A stretch of 64,000 nt of DNA from Patescibacteria group bacterium UBA6017 (GTDB taxonomy: Bacteria; Patescibacteriota; Saccharimonadia; UBA4664): positions 21,363-85,362 of the forward strand of contig DIZX01000015.1 of NCBI GenBank assembly GCA_002429485.1. Direction: 5' to 3'. The translations under genes and the position numbers were made by a program. Below the pieces are notes generated by a model. That model ran no database searches. It saw nothing but the letters and a program-made list of their open reading frames with translations, and had not been told where the DNA came from. Position 1 is the stretch's first letter. Each line of letters begins with the position of its first letter. Of this stretch, positions 48,119 to 56,757 are shown piece by piece.

Positions 48119-49414
48119 TTAACGGAAGTAAAACTGCAGATCCTCGTGGCTGTAGAGGTACAGGTCTGTCCACGTTGACCCGTTTGTCGTGAACTGCCCG
48201 GTACCATCGGGAAAGACGTAGGAGAGGAAGCCCTTGTCCGTTCCGGCGCGAACAGGAAAAGCGGTGTATGTTGTACCGGCCGCGGTTGATACCCTCAGGT
48301 TATAGCTGGCCCCGTTGGTAAGCACGTGTGACGAAGCAAAGTTAGCCGCCACCCACACTGCCCCGCCGGTGTCGCCACCGGGAGCAGACACCGGAATACT
48401 TGCGGCGGTAACACTCACCGATTCAATGGCCGAGCCCCCCGAAGTTTCCAGGGTTAAGATCAAAGGATCTGTTCCACCCGATCGTCTCAGTCTGATTCCG
48501 ACGCTAGTCACCGTCCTGTTCCCGCCCGAGACGGTGAACCGTTCACGGGCCATGTTGCTCGCACCCGAAATGGTGGCGTATTTGTCTATCATGGCCTCGT
48601 AATACGATTGACCATCGTGAGTTCCGTTGGCATATGCCAGGTCAACAACCGGCGTGTATCCAGGCTGTATCGCGCCCCATGATCCGGTCGTATACATCAG
48701 CCCGTAGTCAGAATCCGAAAGCCTCGGCTGACGTGGTGTTGTAGAATTGTATACAAAGACGCTATTCACCGAGATATTATTGTTCACGTCCGGGTTCGTA
48801 AATACCACGTAATATATACGCCCAGCGGTCAGTGTGGGCGGGCTGGAGAAGGTCACCGGTGTATACGTCTCCCAGTTGCCACCCGGGTTACCGGTAGTAA
48901 TAGACCCAGCTGCAAGGCTCGTGCCCGATGGATGGCCGCTGCCGTCATCGGCTTGGAGGCTAAGGGTTGTCGTCCCGCCGTTTCCGTTCGAATACACGGG
49001 CCCGCCGCGCTGGACCCAGCGCACGCTGTTCAGCGCTGAAGTCGTGGAGGCCTTGAACCTGATCGCCACTTTCTGACCGGCAGGGCCCACATTAATGTTC
49101 GCCTTCGTGTCGTAGCCTATCCCCGGACCATAGATCACTCCTGCCGTAGGCGGGGTCGGGGTCGCGGTCGGAGCAGGCGTCGGAGTCGGAGCCACACCAT
49201 TGCCAAATGCCACCAATTTTCCGCCGGATGCGCCAGCGTCAGTTTTGGCCGCGGCCTGACCGCTGAGACCTGCCGACTCCAGCTCAAATTGCGCAAATGA
49301 TCCAGCCGCCAGCACCCTGCCCACGACGTAGCCAGCGATCACCGTTAACACCACCAGTACGACTGACTTCAAGTTCAGGCGGAGCTGAGGACGGGGTGGT
49401 TGTAGCAGCGGCAT
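48119..49414 (-). CDS. Surface protein with TM anchor, PT-rich linker and beta-sandwich domains
   Basis: N-terminal TM; APTPTPAPTATPTPP; Ser/Thr/Gly-rich. Confidence 0.75.
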   Translation of the reverse strand: MPLLQPPRPQLRLNLKSVVLVVLTVIAGYVVGRVLAAGSFAQFELESAGLSGQAAAKTDAGASGGKLVAFGNGVAPTPTPAPTATPTPPTAGVIYGPGIGYDTKANINVGPAGQKVAIRFKASTTSALNSVRWVQRGGPVYSNGNGGTTTLSLQADDGSGHPSGTSLAAGSITTGNPGGNWETYTPVTFSSPPTLTAGRIYYVVFTNPDVNNNISVNSVFVYNSTTPRQPRLSDSDYGLMYTTGSWGAIQPGYTPVVDLAYANGTHDGQSYYEAMIDKYATISGASNMARERFTVSGGNRTVTSVGIRLRRSGGTDPLILTLETSGGSAIESVSVTAASIPVSAPGGDTGGAVWVAANFASSHVLTNGASYNLRVSTAAGTTYTAFPVRAGTDKGFLSYVFPDGTGQFTTNGSTWTDLYLYSHEDLQFYFR

Positions 49415-49426
49415 CCTTACTTCCTT

Positions 49427-50437
49427 CTATACATTATTTGGCGGGGTGTCACCGGAAGACTCCGGCGGATCAGTCGGCAAAATGAGCTCGGCCTCGCTCG
49501 GCCCACTGGATCCAACCGTAGATCGCAAGGCGCGATGAGTCATCGCATACAAGATACCTCCGCCGACCAAAATCAGCAGCAAAACGATGCCCGAGATGAT
49601 CTGCCAGTGGCCCTGGACTCCGCGAACCAGTTGATACTGCCAGCCATTCTCCACCTTGATAGTCTGCTTGGCCAAAGTCGGCTGACCGTGGCTATCCGTT
49701 GTAACCTGCTCAACTACATGCTCACCGTCGCTCAATTTAGTCGTATCCAGATTGTCGCTGCCCACCGGCTGACCATCGATCATATACGCCACCTTATCGG
49801 TCGTCGGAAGCAGAGGAGTGAGCGTAATCTTACCCGAAACTACAACGGGCGTGGTCGAATTACCCGGCTTTATCACCACCGGCGCAGTATTTGCGGTCGG
49901 TTTGGGGGTAGCTGTGGCGGTAGGGCTAGATATCGGAGTCACGCTGGGCGTAGGAGTCGTCCCGCCGCCGGGAACTGGTGTCGCCGTCGGTGCAGGACCG
50001 CAATTGGTTCCAAAGCCAGTCGGAATACACGTGGTATCGGTCAAGAACATCACCTTATCCACCCCCACTCCCGGATCTACTCCGGCCACGATGACATTAT
50101 GGGTACCGGCGGCAAGGCTCACATTTATCTTACTTGTGGTCGAAGCACCGTAATCCACCCACGTAAACTGGTTTGCCGGAAGAGCGCCGTTCTGGCCAAT
50201 CAAGATATTGCAGTAGCTTTGATCAACCTGCATCTGCACCTTGCCGCTGCCGACCGACACAGGATGCAGCCTAGTCCACACGCGGTACACCCCGGCCGTA
50301 GGGGCCGAAACCGAAAACGCCGCCTGGCCCTTGTCCGCCGGTAACGAGGCACAGGCAGCTTGCGCTGGTGCTGGCGAAATAAATACTAGGGCTCCCCCCA
50401 GAATCAGCCCAATACAGACAATAGAACTAGCTCGCAA
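49427..50437 (-). CDS. Secreted/surface protein: signal peptide, CBM-like domain, PT linker, Ig-like domain, C-terminal TM
   Basis: AQA signal cleavage site; GVYRVWTR..LAAGTHNV..GVDKV; LDTTKLSDGEH. Confidence 0.75.
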   Translation of the reverse strand: MRASSIVCIGLILGGALVFISPAPAQAACASLPADKGQAAFSVSAPTAGVYRVWTRLHPVSVGSGKVQMQVDQSYCNILIGQNGALPANQFTWVDYGASTTSKINVSLAAGTHNVIVAGVDPGVGVDKVMFLTDTTCIPTGFGTNCGPAPTATPVPGGGTTPTPSVTPISSPTATATPKPTANTAPVVIKPGNSTTPVVVSGKITLTPLLPTTDKVAYMIDGQPVGSDNLDTTKLSDGEHVVEQVTTDSHGQPTLAKQTIKVENGWQYQLVRGVQGHWQIISGIVLLLILVGGGILYAMTHRALRSTVGSSGPSEAELILPTDPPESSGDTPPNNV

Positions 50438-50489
50438 AATATATAACCATAAGTAATTAACCCCAGTTTATCGCTCCTCATGCAATTTG

Positions 50490-50741
50490 TCATATATAAG
50501 TCGGTTCCTCAAACACCGTCTCCCCCACGGCGTTAATCATCGAGTACCCCACACTCGCACTCTTCGCCCACTGCGGAATCAGCCTCCATTTCATCATCTC
50601 CAGCCCGTCAGAAGTCTCCACCGGCGCATACTGCGACGGCGCAACGTTGTAATTAGGACCACGATAACCATCCAACTCAAGCTGAGAATAGTAATCCATG
50701 ATCACTTTTCCATCTACAACTAAGGTAAATCTTCCGCACAC
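50490..50741 (-). pseudogene. Truncated SRAP (YedK/HMCES) family gene
   Basis: MCGRF, NYNVAPSQ, W.LIP.W, INA..ET; stops at 83 aa, well short of the usual full-length protein. Confidence 0.8.
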
Positions 50742-50760
50742 GCTTTCGATCCTAAATTAA

Positions 50761-51903
50761 CTAGACTTCTTCAGGTGTTTCTTTTACGACGCGCTCTTGG
50801 GTTTTTGATTTATAGCTCCAACCTGCGCCTAATTCGGCAAAGATTGCCTCATTAATTAATTTTTGATTTATCGGCTTCAAAAATAAATCGCGGTGAAAAT
50901 TGAACCGGCTCAAAATCGTAATAGTATTTTCAGATATTTCAACGTTATACATTCCCATCAAAGCTCCCAGAGAATTATTAGACAGTCTCACACGCTTAAT
51001 AATTCTATTCCATGCAAGGTTATCTTGAATTTGAGGAGCTGCACTTGCTAATGCAGCTTTAGAATTCTTGCGGTTTAGCAATCTGATGGAGGCGTGAAGA
51101 GTAGCAAGGTAGAAATAAAACATCCAGTTCAGCCATATGTCTTGGTCGTATTCACGCAGCTGTTTTTGGTCGTAATGCCTTATCGCAAACTTATTGGCGA
51201 TTGTGAAAATTGCATCTTCGTCCTTGCTATTTAATACCTTCGCGACATCACCCTTTATGCTTTCGAACGCATCAGCCAAATCGTGTACAGCATCTCGTTT
51301 GTCGCTTACAGATGATCGTTGCTGGCGAAATTTCCGTATCGCACGCTCGGCAATTTCATTTACATCGCCAGTTTTATATTTAGGTAATGAGCTAACAAAT
51401 AATTGCGTGAACCCTTTATCTCCAAGAGCTAATATTTCGCCTTGTTCATCAAGCGTATAACCATCCTCATAGCCACCAAGTATTTCATTAATATCCTCAC
51501 GATAGCTCTTTCGACCCTCATCAACATCAAATTCATAATAATGCATGCCACAATCATTATCCGAATCAAAACTACCTTTAGTAGGTTTTGATACATGGTC
51601 ATACAGAAACTCGATCATATCGAAAATGTCATCTTCAGAGTATTTTTCGTAGTGTTCTTCTATCGGCCATATCGCCCTTTTTCTCAGCTTACGAAATATG
51701 TATTGAGCAATCTCTCCACCAACTAGACCGTTGATTTGCCCGCCACCGCTTATACATTCAAATCCGAAGTTCTGGTCAAAGAACGATTTTGCATTTAGCT
51801 CCCGATAAACAATCAAGAAAAGTTCGGCAAGCATTGTAAAGTTATAGCCATTAGCGTCTGGGTTAGTTCCTGTTCGAGATGAATAGTATCGTCTAGTTGG
51901 CAT
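50761..51903 (-). CDS. AbiJ-like N-terminal domain + HEPN-like domain + DnaX C-terminal-like domain (putative defence protein)
   Basis: FDMIEFLYDHVS..F....G...REDINEIL...GYTL..GEI; IANKFAIRH; AT-rich; next to the tmRNA repeat. Confidence 0.6.
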   Translation of the reverse strand: MPTRRYYSSRTGTNPDANGYNFTMLAELFLIVYRELNAKSFFDQNFGFECISGGGQINGLVGGEIAQYIFRKLRKRAIWPIEEHYEKYSEDDIFDMIEFLYDHVSKPTKGSFDSDNDCGMHYYEFDVDEGRKSYREDINEILGGYEDGYTLDEQGEILALGDKGFTQLFVSSLPKYKTGDVNEIAERAIRKFRQQRSSVSDKRDAVHDLADAFESIKGDVAKVLNSKDEDAIFTIANKFAIRHYDQKQLREYDQDIWLNWMFYFYLATLHASIRLLNRKNSKAALASAAPQIQDNLAWNRIIKRVRLSNNSLGALMGMYNVEISENTITILSRFNFHRDLFLKPINQKLINEAIFAELGAGWSYKSKTQERVVKETPEEV

Positions 51904-51926
51904 AATTAGATATTTTACTCCATAAA

Positions 51927-52028
51927 AACAAAAAAGGCCCCGGAGGGCCTTAATTATTGCATTGGTGGAGCTGCGGAGAATCGCACCCCGGTCCGTCAGG
52001 TTACTCGCTAGTGCACTACAGGCTTAGT
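51927..52028 (-). repeat. Duplicated tmRNA 3' end (66 nt) plus terminator (att-like copy)
   Basis: Near-identical to 52717-52819. Confidence 0.95.
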
Positions 52029-52207
52029 TTAGTTGTTTCGTCGTAACCATAACTACGATTATTATAGTTGTCAGTGATTATGAATTGGTTTCTGCTGAGG
52101 GGACAAACGTTCGCTCGCCACACTTAGGGCACACATTTGGACCAGGATGCATTGTATATTCTACTTTGCAGCTAGAACACGGCTTCATATATATTCCTCC
52201 GCTTAAC

Positions 52208-52705
52208 TTAATGAACCGTAATAATCCTAAGGTCAAAGAGTACGGCAATCACCAAAATAAAGTATGCGAATAAGGCGAGAAATAGAAAAATTACTTGAAG
52301 TCTGAGCCATACAACAGATGACTGCTGCTTAAGTGAACTAAGTATTTCATTTACCCTGGACACTGCAATAACGACATCAGTATCCTTTGCTTTGCCCAGA
52401 AGATTAACAACATCGTTATATCCTTTAGCCCAATCAATATGAAAGCTAATGAGGTCGAAATAGTTCTTGATGCCTGAGCCAATAGAGACTATGAGAAGGC
52501 TAAACCCAACAACAATTAGCACCTTCTGGTTTGCTGCCATGGATTGAAGGCGAGCAAAATCTGAATAGACGACAAGGTTTGCTGAAATGAGAACAGATGT
52601 GATCAGCATGAGCTGGCCACATAGAGCTCTTTCGCTTGCATTCAACTCAGCAAGTGAGATATTCCTCGAGTCGACATATTGGTCGCGCTGTTTTAACCTG
52701 TCCAT
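52208..52705 (-). CDS. Hypothetical multi-TM membrane protein
   Basis: About three hydrophobic segments; TATACT 6 nt before ATG 52705. Confidence 0.7.
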   Translation of the reverse strand: MDRLKQRDQYVDSRNISLAELNASERALCGQLMLITSVLISANLVVYSDFARLQSMAANQKVLIVVGFSLLIVSIGSGIKNYFDLISFHIDWAKGYNDVVNLLGKAKDTDVVIAVSRVNEILSSLKQQSSVVWLRLQVIFLFLALFAYFILVIAVLFDLRIITVH

Positions 52706-52719
52706 ACTGTAAGTATAAC

Positions 52720-52742
52720 AAAAAAGGCCCTCTCGGGCCTTA
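52720..52742 (-). terminator. tmRNA intrinsic terminator
   Basis: aaaggccc-gaga-gggcctttttt on the minus strand. Confidence 0.85.
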
Positions 52743-52752
52743 ATTATTGCAT

Positions 52753-53131
52753 TGGTGGAGCTGCGGGGGAATCGCACCCCGGTCCGTCAGGTTACTCGCT
52801 AGTGCACTACAGGCTTAGTCTGCTTACATGTCTTAGCCCATCACCTGTGAGCAAACCAAACGGTGACGAGAGCATCCTCAGATCTTAGCTTAGGGGCAGA
52901 GGCCCAACCCTAAGAGCGTCCCGATGATTTGATACCGACGAACCCCTACCGGGAATCAGGTGTCGATAGCTTACGTTATTAGGCGTAAGCGGGTGCGAAT
53001 GAAGGTACCGTAAAGGCAGCCTTCACCCGCGAAATGAAGTTGGCAGTTAAGCTAACTAATGGAATCTAACGTTTGCCTCCGACCTGCGCACATAGCTTGT
53101 AAAAGTCCCAACGTCGAGCCTGATCAGCCCC
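52753..53131 (-). ncRNA. ssrA: tmRNA; predicted tag ANFISRVKAAFTVPSFAPAYA
   Basis: 5' GGGGCTG..CTCGAC, 3' CAGCTCCACCA with G3-U pair; resume context ttaactGCC; tag ends YA followed by TAA TAA. Confidence 0.95.
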
Positions 53132-53146
53132 ACGATTTACCCTCGG

Positions 53147-53175
53147 ATTATAGCAAATTACGGGTGTTTAGGCAA
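53147..53175 (-). promoter_or_regulatory. ssrA promoter TTGCCT-N17-TATAAT
   Basis: Consensus with extended TG just upstream of the tmRNA. Confidence 0.8.
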
Positions 53176-53350
53176 GATTTGGTAGGTTTTTGGGTGCCGC
53201 AGATGTTGTAATTTAAGCATAAGTATTGTTGTAGAAATAGCGACACTATGTCCAAAAACTCTTACCATATCGCTCCCCTTTTTGGGGGCCGCTCCAATGC
53301 CAAACCGCTAGGCTAAGCGTAGTATTCAAAACGTAATGTGGAGGTGCGAG

Positions 53351-53665
53351 ATGGACCGAGAAGAGTTCACCGATTACGAAGGCATGGATCCGGGTCTGAA
53401 AGAGAGCATTTACGACGGAGCGGAATATGAGCTCGACGAGTTCGGTGAGCGTATCGGATCCGAAGATACCGCCGAAGAGGCCGTGTCTGAAGATGAAGGT
53501 ATGTCCGAGGAGGAAATGCAGCCGCTGATTGTCGTTGAGGATGGATTTGGCGAGGCTATCACGCCCGCCAGCAATCCCCACCTCGAAGACCAGCTCGACG
53601 ACACCAAACTTCACGACGAAGCCGAGGCTGAAAATCCCTCGCCAGACAAGCCCGCCGAGCCTTAA
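53351..53665 (+). CDS. Highly acidic hypothetical protein
   Basis: ggagg SD; D/E-rich. Confidence 0.65.
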   Translation: MDREEFTDYEGMDPGLKESIYDGAEYELDEFGERIGSEDTAEEAVSEDEGMSEEEMQPLIVVEDGFGEAITPASNPHLEDQLDDTKLHDEAEAENPSPDKPAEP

Positions 53666-53782
53666 GCACCCCTAGCGGCTCGTATTGCAGCTTTATAGCA
53701 TCACCTCGGTCCCCCACTTAGTCAGATGGGAGTCCGGGGTGTTTGCGTGGGCTTTGGTAAGCCAGGTGATATAATTTAAGGC

Positions 53783-54664
53783 GTGGAACTCACCAAAAAA
53801 ACCGTTAATGTTGTAAATGTCGACGGGCTCGCCACCAGTTACCGGGAATCCAATCCTACGGCCAGCCAGACGATCCTAATGCTCCGCGGCTTTCGTACCA
53901 GTGATCGCGGGCTCCTGGTTCTTGCACGCAAGTTCTCCGGCTATCATCTGATCATTCCCGACCTGCCTGGATACGGCCAGACCCAAGAATTGCCCGGCGG
54001 CAACACTATTCCTGCCTATGCTGAGTTTGTGGCACGTTTTTGCGACTTACTGGATCTGCATGATGTTACTATTCTGGGCCACAGCCTGGGAGCGCACGTG
54101 GGGCTGGCCTATGCGGCCAAGCACCCCCAGCGAGTCAAAAATTTAGTCTTAATCTCCCCCATTCCCCGCCCCAATTTGATGTCCCGGGCCGTCAGCCTGT
54201 ACTACCAAATCGGCCGGGCCTTGCCCGCGCCCCTCGAGCACGGCTGGCTCACCAACCGCAAAGTCCACCAGACTATTCGCAAGTTCGTGGTCCGCACCAA
54301 CGACCCCGTGCTGCGCGAGCAGATCATGCGCGAAGGCGAACGTGAGCTCAAAGAACTCCGCCCCAACGTCAACGTAGAGAACTTTCTCAGCCTGGTTTCT
54401 ACCGATCCGGAATACTACATCCCGCACCTGAGCGTGCCTACCTTGGTGTTGGCGGGCGATCTGGACCGTCTCACTCGCCTGTCCGATGTAGTGAATGCCT
54501 ATCAACATCCACTAATAGAACTTCGGGTGATCAAGGGCATGGGGCACTATGGTCCGTCGGAGATTCCGGGGGAAATAAGTGCCATAGTGATGAGTTGGTT
54601 ACAACGAGATTCAGCATTGCTAGCCTCGCCGAATACTGAATTACCCTTGGCGGTGGCAATATGA
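53783..54664 (+). CDS. Alpha/beta hydrolase
   Basis: PDLPGYG, GHSLG, GDLD, GHY. Confidence 0.9.
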   Translation: MELTKKTVNVVNVDGLATSYRESNPTASQTILMLRGFRTSDRGLLVLARKFSGYHLIIPDLPGYGQTQELPGGNTIPAYAEFVARFCDLLDLHDVTILGHSLGAHVGLAYAAKHPQRVKNLVLISPIPRPNLMSRAVSLYYQIGRALPAPLEHGWLTNRKVHQTIRKFVVRTNDPVLREQIMREGERELKELRPNVNVENFLSLVSTDPEYYIPHLSVPTLVLAGDLDRLTRLSDVVNAYQHPLIELRVIKGMGHYGPSEIPGEISAIVMSWLQRDSALLASPNTELPLAVAI

Positions 54665-55512
54665 AACTTTTTGAACCCGAGGCGCAGAACCTCACCATCT
54701 TCGGCAGTCATACGAAGTATTGGGTCTACAATCCCACCCAGACGCAGACTATTCTTATGGTTCATGGCTTTCGCGGCAACCATCTTGGACTTCAGTACAT
54801 CATTGCCGGCCTCAGCGCCTACCGCGTGATCGTGCCCGACCTGCCCGGTTTTGGTGAATCACTGCCCATGACCGAGCGCGCTCACGACATCGATGGTTAC
54901 AGCGATTTTACTCGAGAGTTTATGAAGCTCACCGGTCTTCGCCAGCCCGTTCTGCTCGGACACTCCTTCGGGACCATCGTGGCCGCGCATCTAACCGCGC
55001 GTGAAGCGGAGCTGTTCTCGAAGCTGATCCTGATCAATCCAATCATCGTTTCGCCGCGCGTGGGACTGAGCGGCCCCGTCACCAAACTAGTAGAAGCGTA
55101 TTACTGGTTGGGTACTGCCATGCCCGGCAGATTCAGCCAACGCGTACTGACCAGTCGGCTCTTCAACCGCGGCATGAGCCTGTCGCTCAGCCGGACCAAA
55201 GACCCCGATCTGCGCCGCTTAGTATATAAGCACCATCTCAGCGATCTGGACCAGGCCCAGCACCGACGCGTGATCGCCGAATCGTTCGCCGCCTCCATCA
55301 CCAAAACCGCCCTCGACGATGCCGCCCACATTCATTTGGACACCCTGCTCATCGCCGGCAACCAGGACCCCATCGCCTCGGCCAAGTCGCAGCACCGGCT
55401 TCACGCCGCCATCACGCGTTCACGACTAATCCTCATTCCCAAGGTCGGTCATCTGGTTCACCTGGAGACACCTGCCGCCGCCTCAGATGCCATTTCGGAT
55501 TTTCTCGGCTAG
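54661..55512 (+). CDS. Alpha/beta hydrolase
   Basis: HGF, PDLPGFG, GHSFG, GNQD, GHLVH; ATGA overlap with the upstream paralog. Confidence 0.9.
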   Translation: MKLFEPEAQNLTIFGSHTKYWVYNPTQTQTILMVHGFRGNHLGLQYIIAGLSAYRVIVPDLPGFGESLPMTERAHDIDGYSDFTREFMKLTGLRQPVLLGHSFGTIVAAHLTAREAELFSKLILINPIIVSPRVGLSGPVTKLVEAYYWLGTAMPGRFSQRVLTSRLFNRGMSLSLSRTKDPDLRRLVYKHHLSDLDQAQHRRVIAESFAASITKTALDDAAHIHLDTLLIAGNQDPIASAKSQHRLHAAITRSRLILIPKVGHLVHLETPAAASDAISDFLG

Positions 55513-56708
55513 AGTACTTCCGACAATTCGGGCTTCACAGGCGAGCGCATCGCAATCACCTCGGCATACAACTCTTCGAACTTATCCAACGTCACGCTCA
55601 AATCATGCTTAGACACAATCTCGAGGCTGCGCGCACTCATGGTTTTAACCAGCTCAGGATCAGCCAATAGCTCGCCGATGCCTTGGCTCATCACTTCGTA
55701 ATCATCAATTTCAAATAAGAACCCGTTCTCACCATTCTTGCACAGCTCGTACAATGCGCCCGCATTCACCGCCACTACCGGCATCCCGCTCGCCATGGCT
55801 TCCATAGTTGAAATACTCTGCAACTCCGCCGGCGATGGCATGGCGAAGATCGTTCCGGTGCGCAATATCATCGGCTTATCGGCTTCATCGATTCTCCCGA
55901 CGAATGTCACCCGCTCCTCAAGTCCCAAATCAGTCGCTACCTCTACGAGATGCGACAGGTCATTGCCGTCACCAACGACGACCGCGTGATACCGCAGTTT
56001 TGGATCCAGATGTTGTAATGCTCGCAACAAAATCGATACATGCTTCTCGGAGTCCAGCCGTCCTAGATACATCACAATCGGAACATTCATTGGAATGTTG
56101 TATCGCTCGTAAAATTCCGGGGTTGGTTGGCCGGTATGGAATCGCTTCAAATCAATCCCGTTGGAAATCGCCACGTACGGCTTCGCGAATGAGTCTGGTT
56201 TGAGCATACGAATAGCCGCCACTGTTGGCAACGTCACGTAATCAGCGTTGCCGTAGAAGCGGCTGCCGTACTCCCGTAGAATGTAATCAATCTGCCGCGC
56301 GAATGGTGCCAACAGCTTGAGGTTATCTATCAAATTCTCGGACATCGAGTGGTTTGTAGCCACCAGCGGTACGTGATACTTCTTGGCCGCACCAATGGCC
56401 CCGAGCCCGATACCCAGCGGCGTCTGCAGATGAATAATGTCGGGCTTAAACTGCTTAGTAATCTCGTTGATCTCGCGGTTAGGCGACAGCGATACCCGCA
56501 AGTTCTGATAGAACGGAAATATCACCGAAGCAGTTCGCACTACCCGATGATTCTTATCCTGCTCTTCGTATTTTTTGCCCGTCTGAGAGGGCGCAACCAC
56601 CACTACCTCATGCCCGCGCTCGGCCAAGCCTTGCGCTAAGTTCCGCCCAAATGTGGCAATACCGTTCATCGTGGGCCAGTGAAGATCGGAGGCAATAAGT
56701 ATCCGCAT
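55509..56708 (-). CDS. GT4 glycosyltransferase (diacylglycerol glucosyltransferase-like)
   Basis: MRILIASD..WP..NGIA, SNGIDL, GRLDSEK, ELQSISTMEAMASG. Confidence 0.85.
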   Translation of the reverse strand: MRILIASDLHWPTMNGIATFGRNLAQGLAERGHEVVVVAPSQTGKKYEEQDKNHRVVRTASVIFPFYQNLRVSLSPNREINEITKQFKPDIIHLQTPLGIGLGAIGAAKKYHVPLVATNHSMSENLIDNLKLLAPFARQIDYILREYGSRFYGNADYVTLPTVAAIRMLKPDSFAKPYVAISNGIDLKRFHTGQPTPEFYERYNIPMNVPIVMYLGRLDSEKHVSILLRALQHLDPKLRYHAVVVGDGNDLSHLVEVATDLGLEERVTFVGRIDEADKPMILRTGTIFAMPSPAELQSISTMEAMASGMPVVAVNAGALYELCKNGENGFLFEIDDYEVMSQGIGELLADPELVKTMSARSLEIVSKHDLSVTLDKFEELYAEVIAMRSPVKPELSEVL

Positions 56709-56757
56709 GTTTTTATTATACCAACCCATAACCGAGATATGATAGAGTAATGACACT

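Larger units (their letters stand above)
52029..52819. mobile_element. ~790-bp single-gene cassette bounded by tmRNA 3' repeats, no integrase
   Basis: Direct repeats, AT-rich content, one ORF. Confidence 0.6.
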
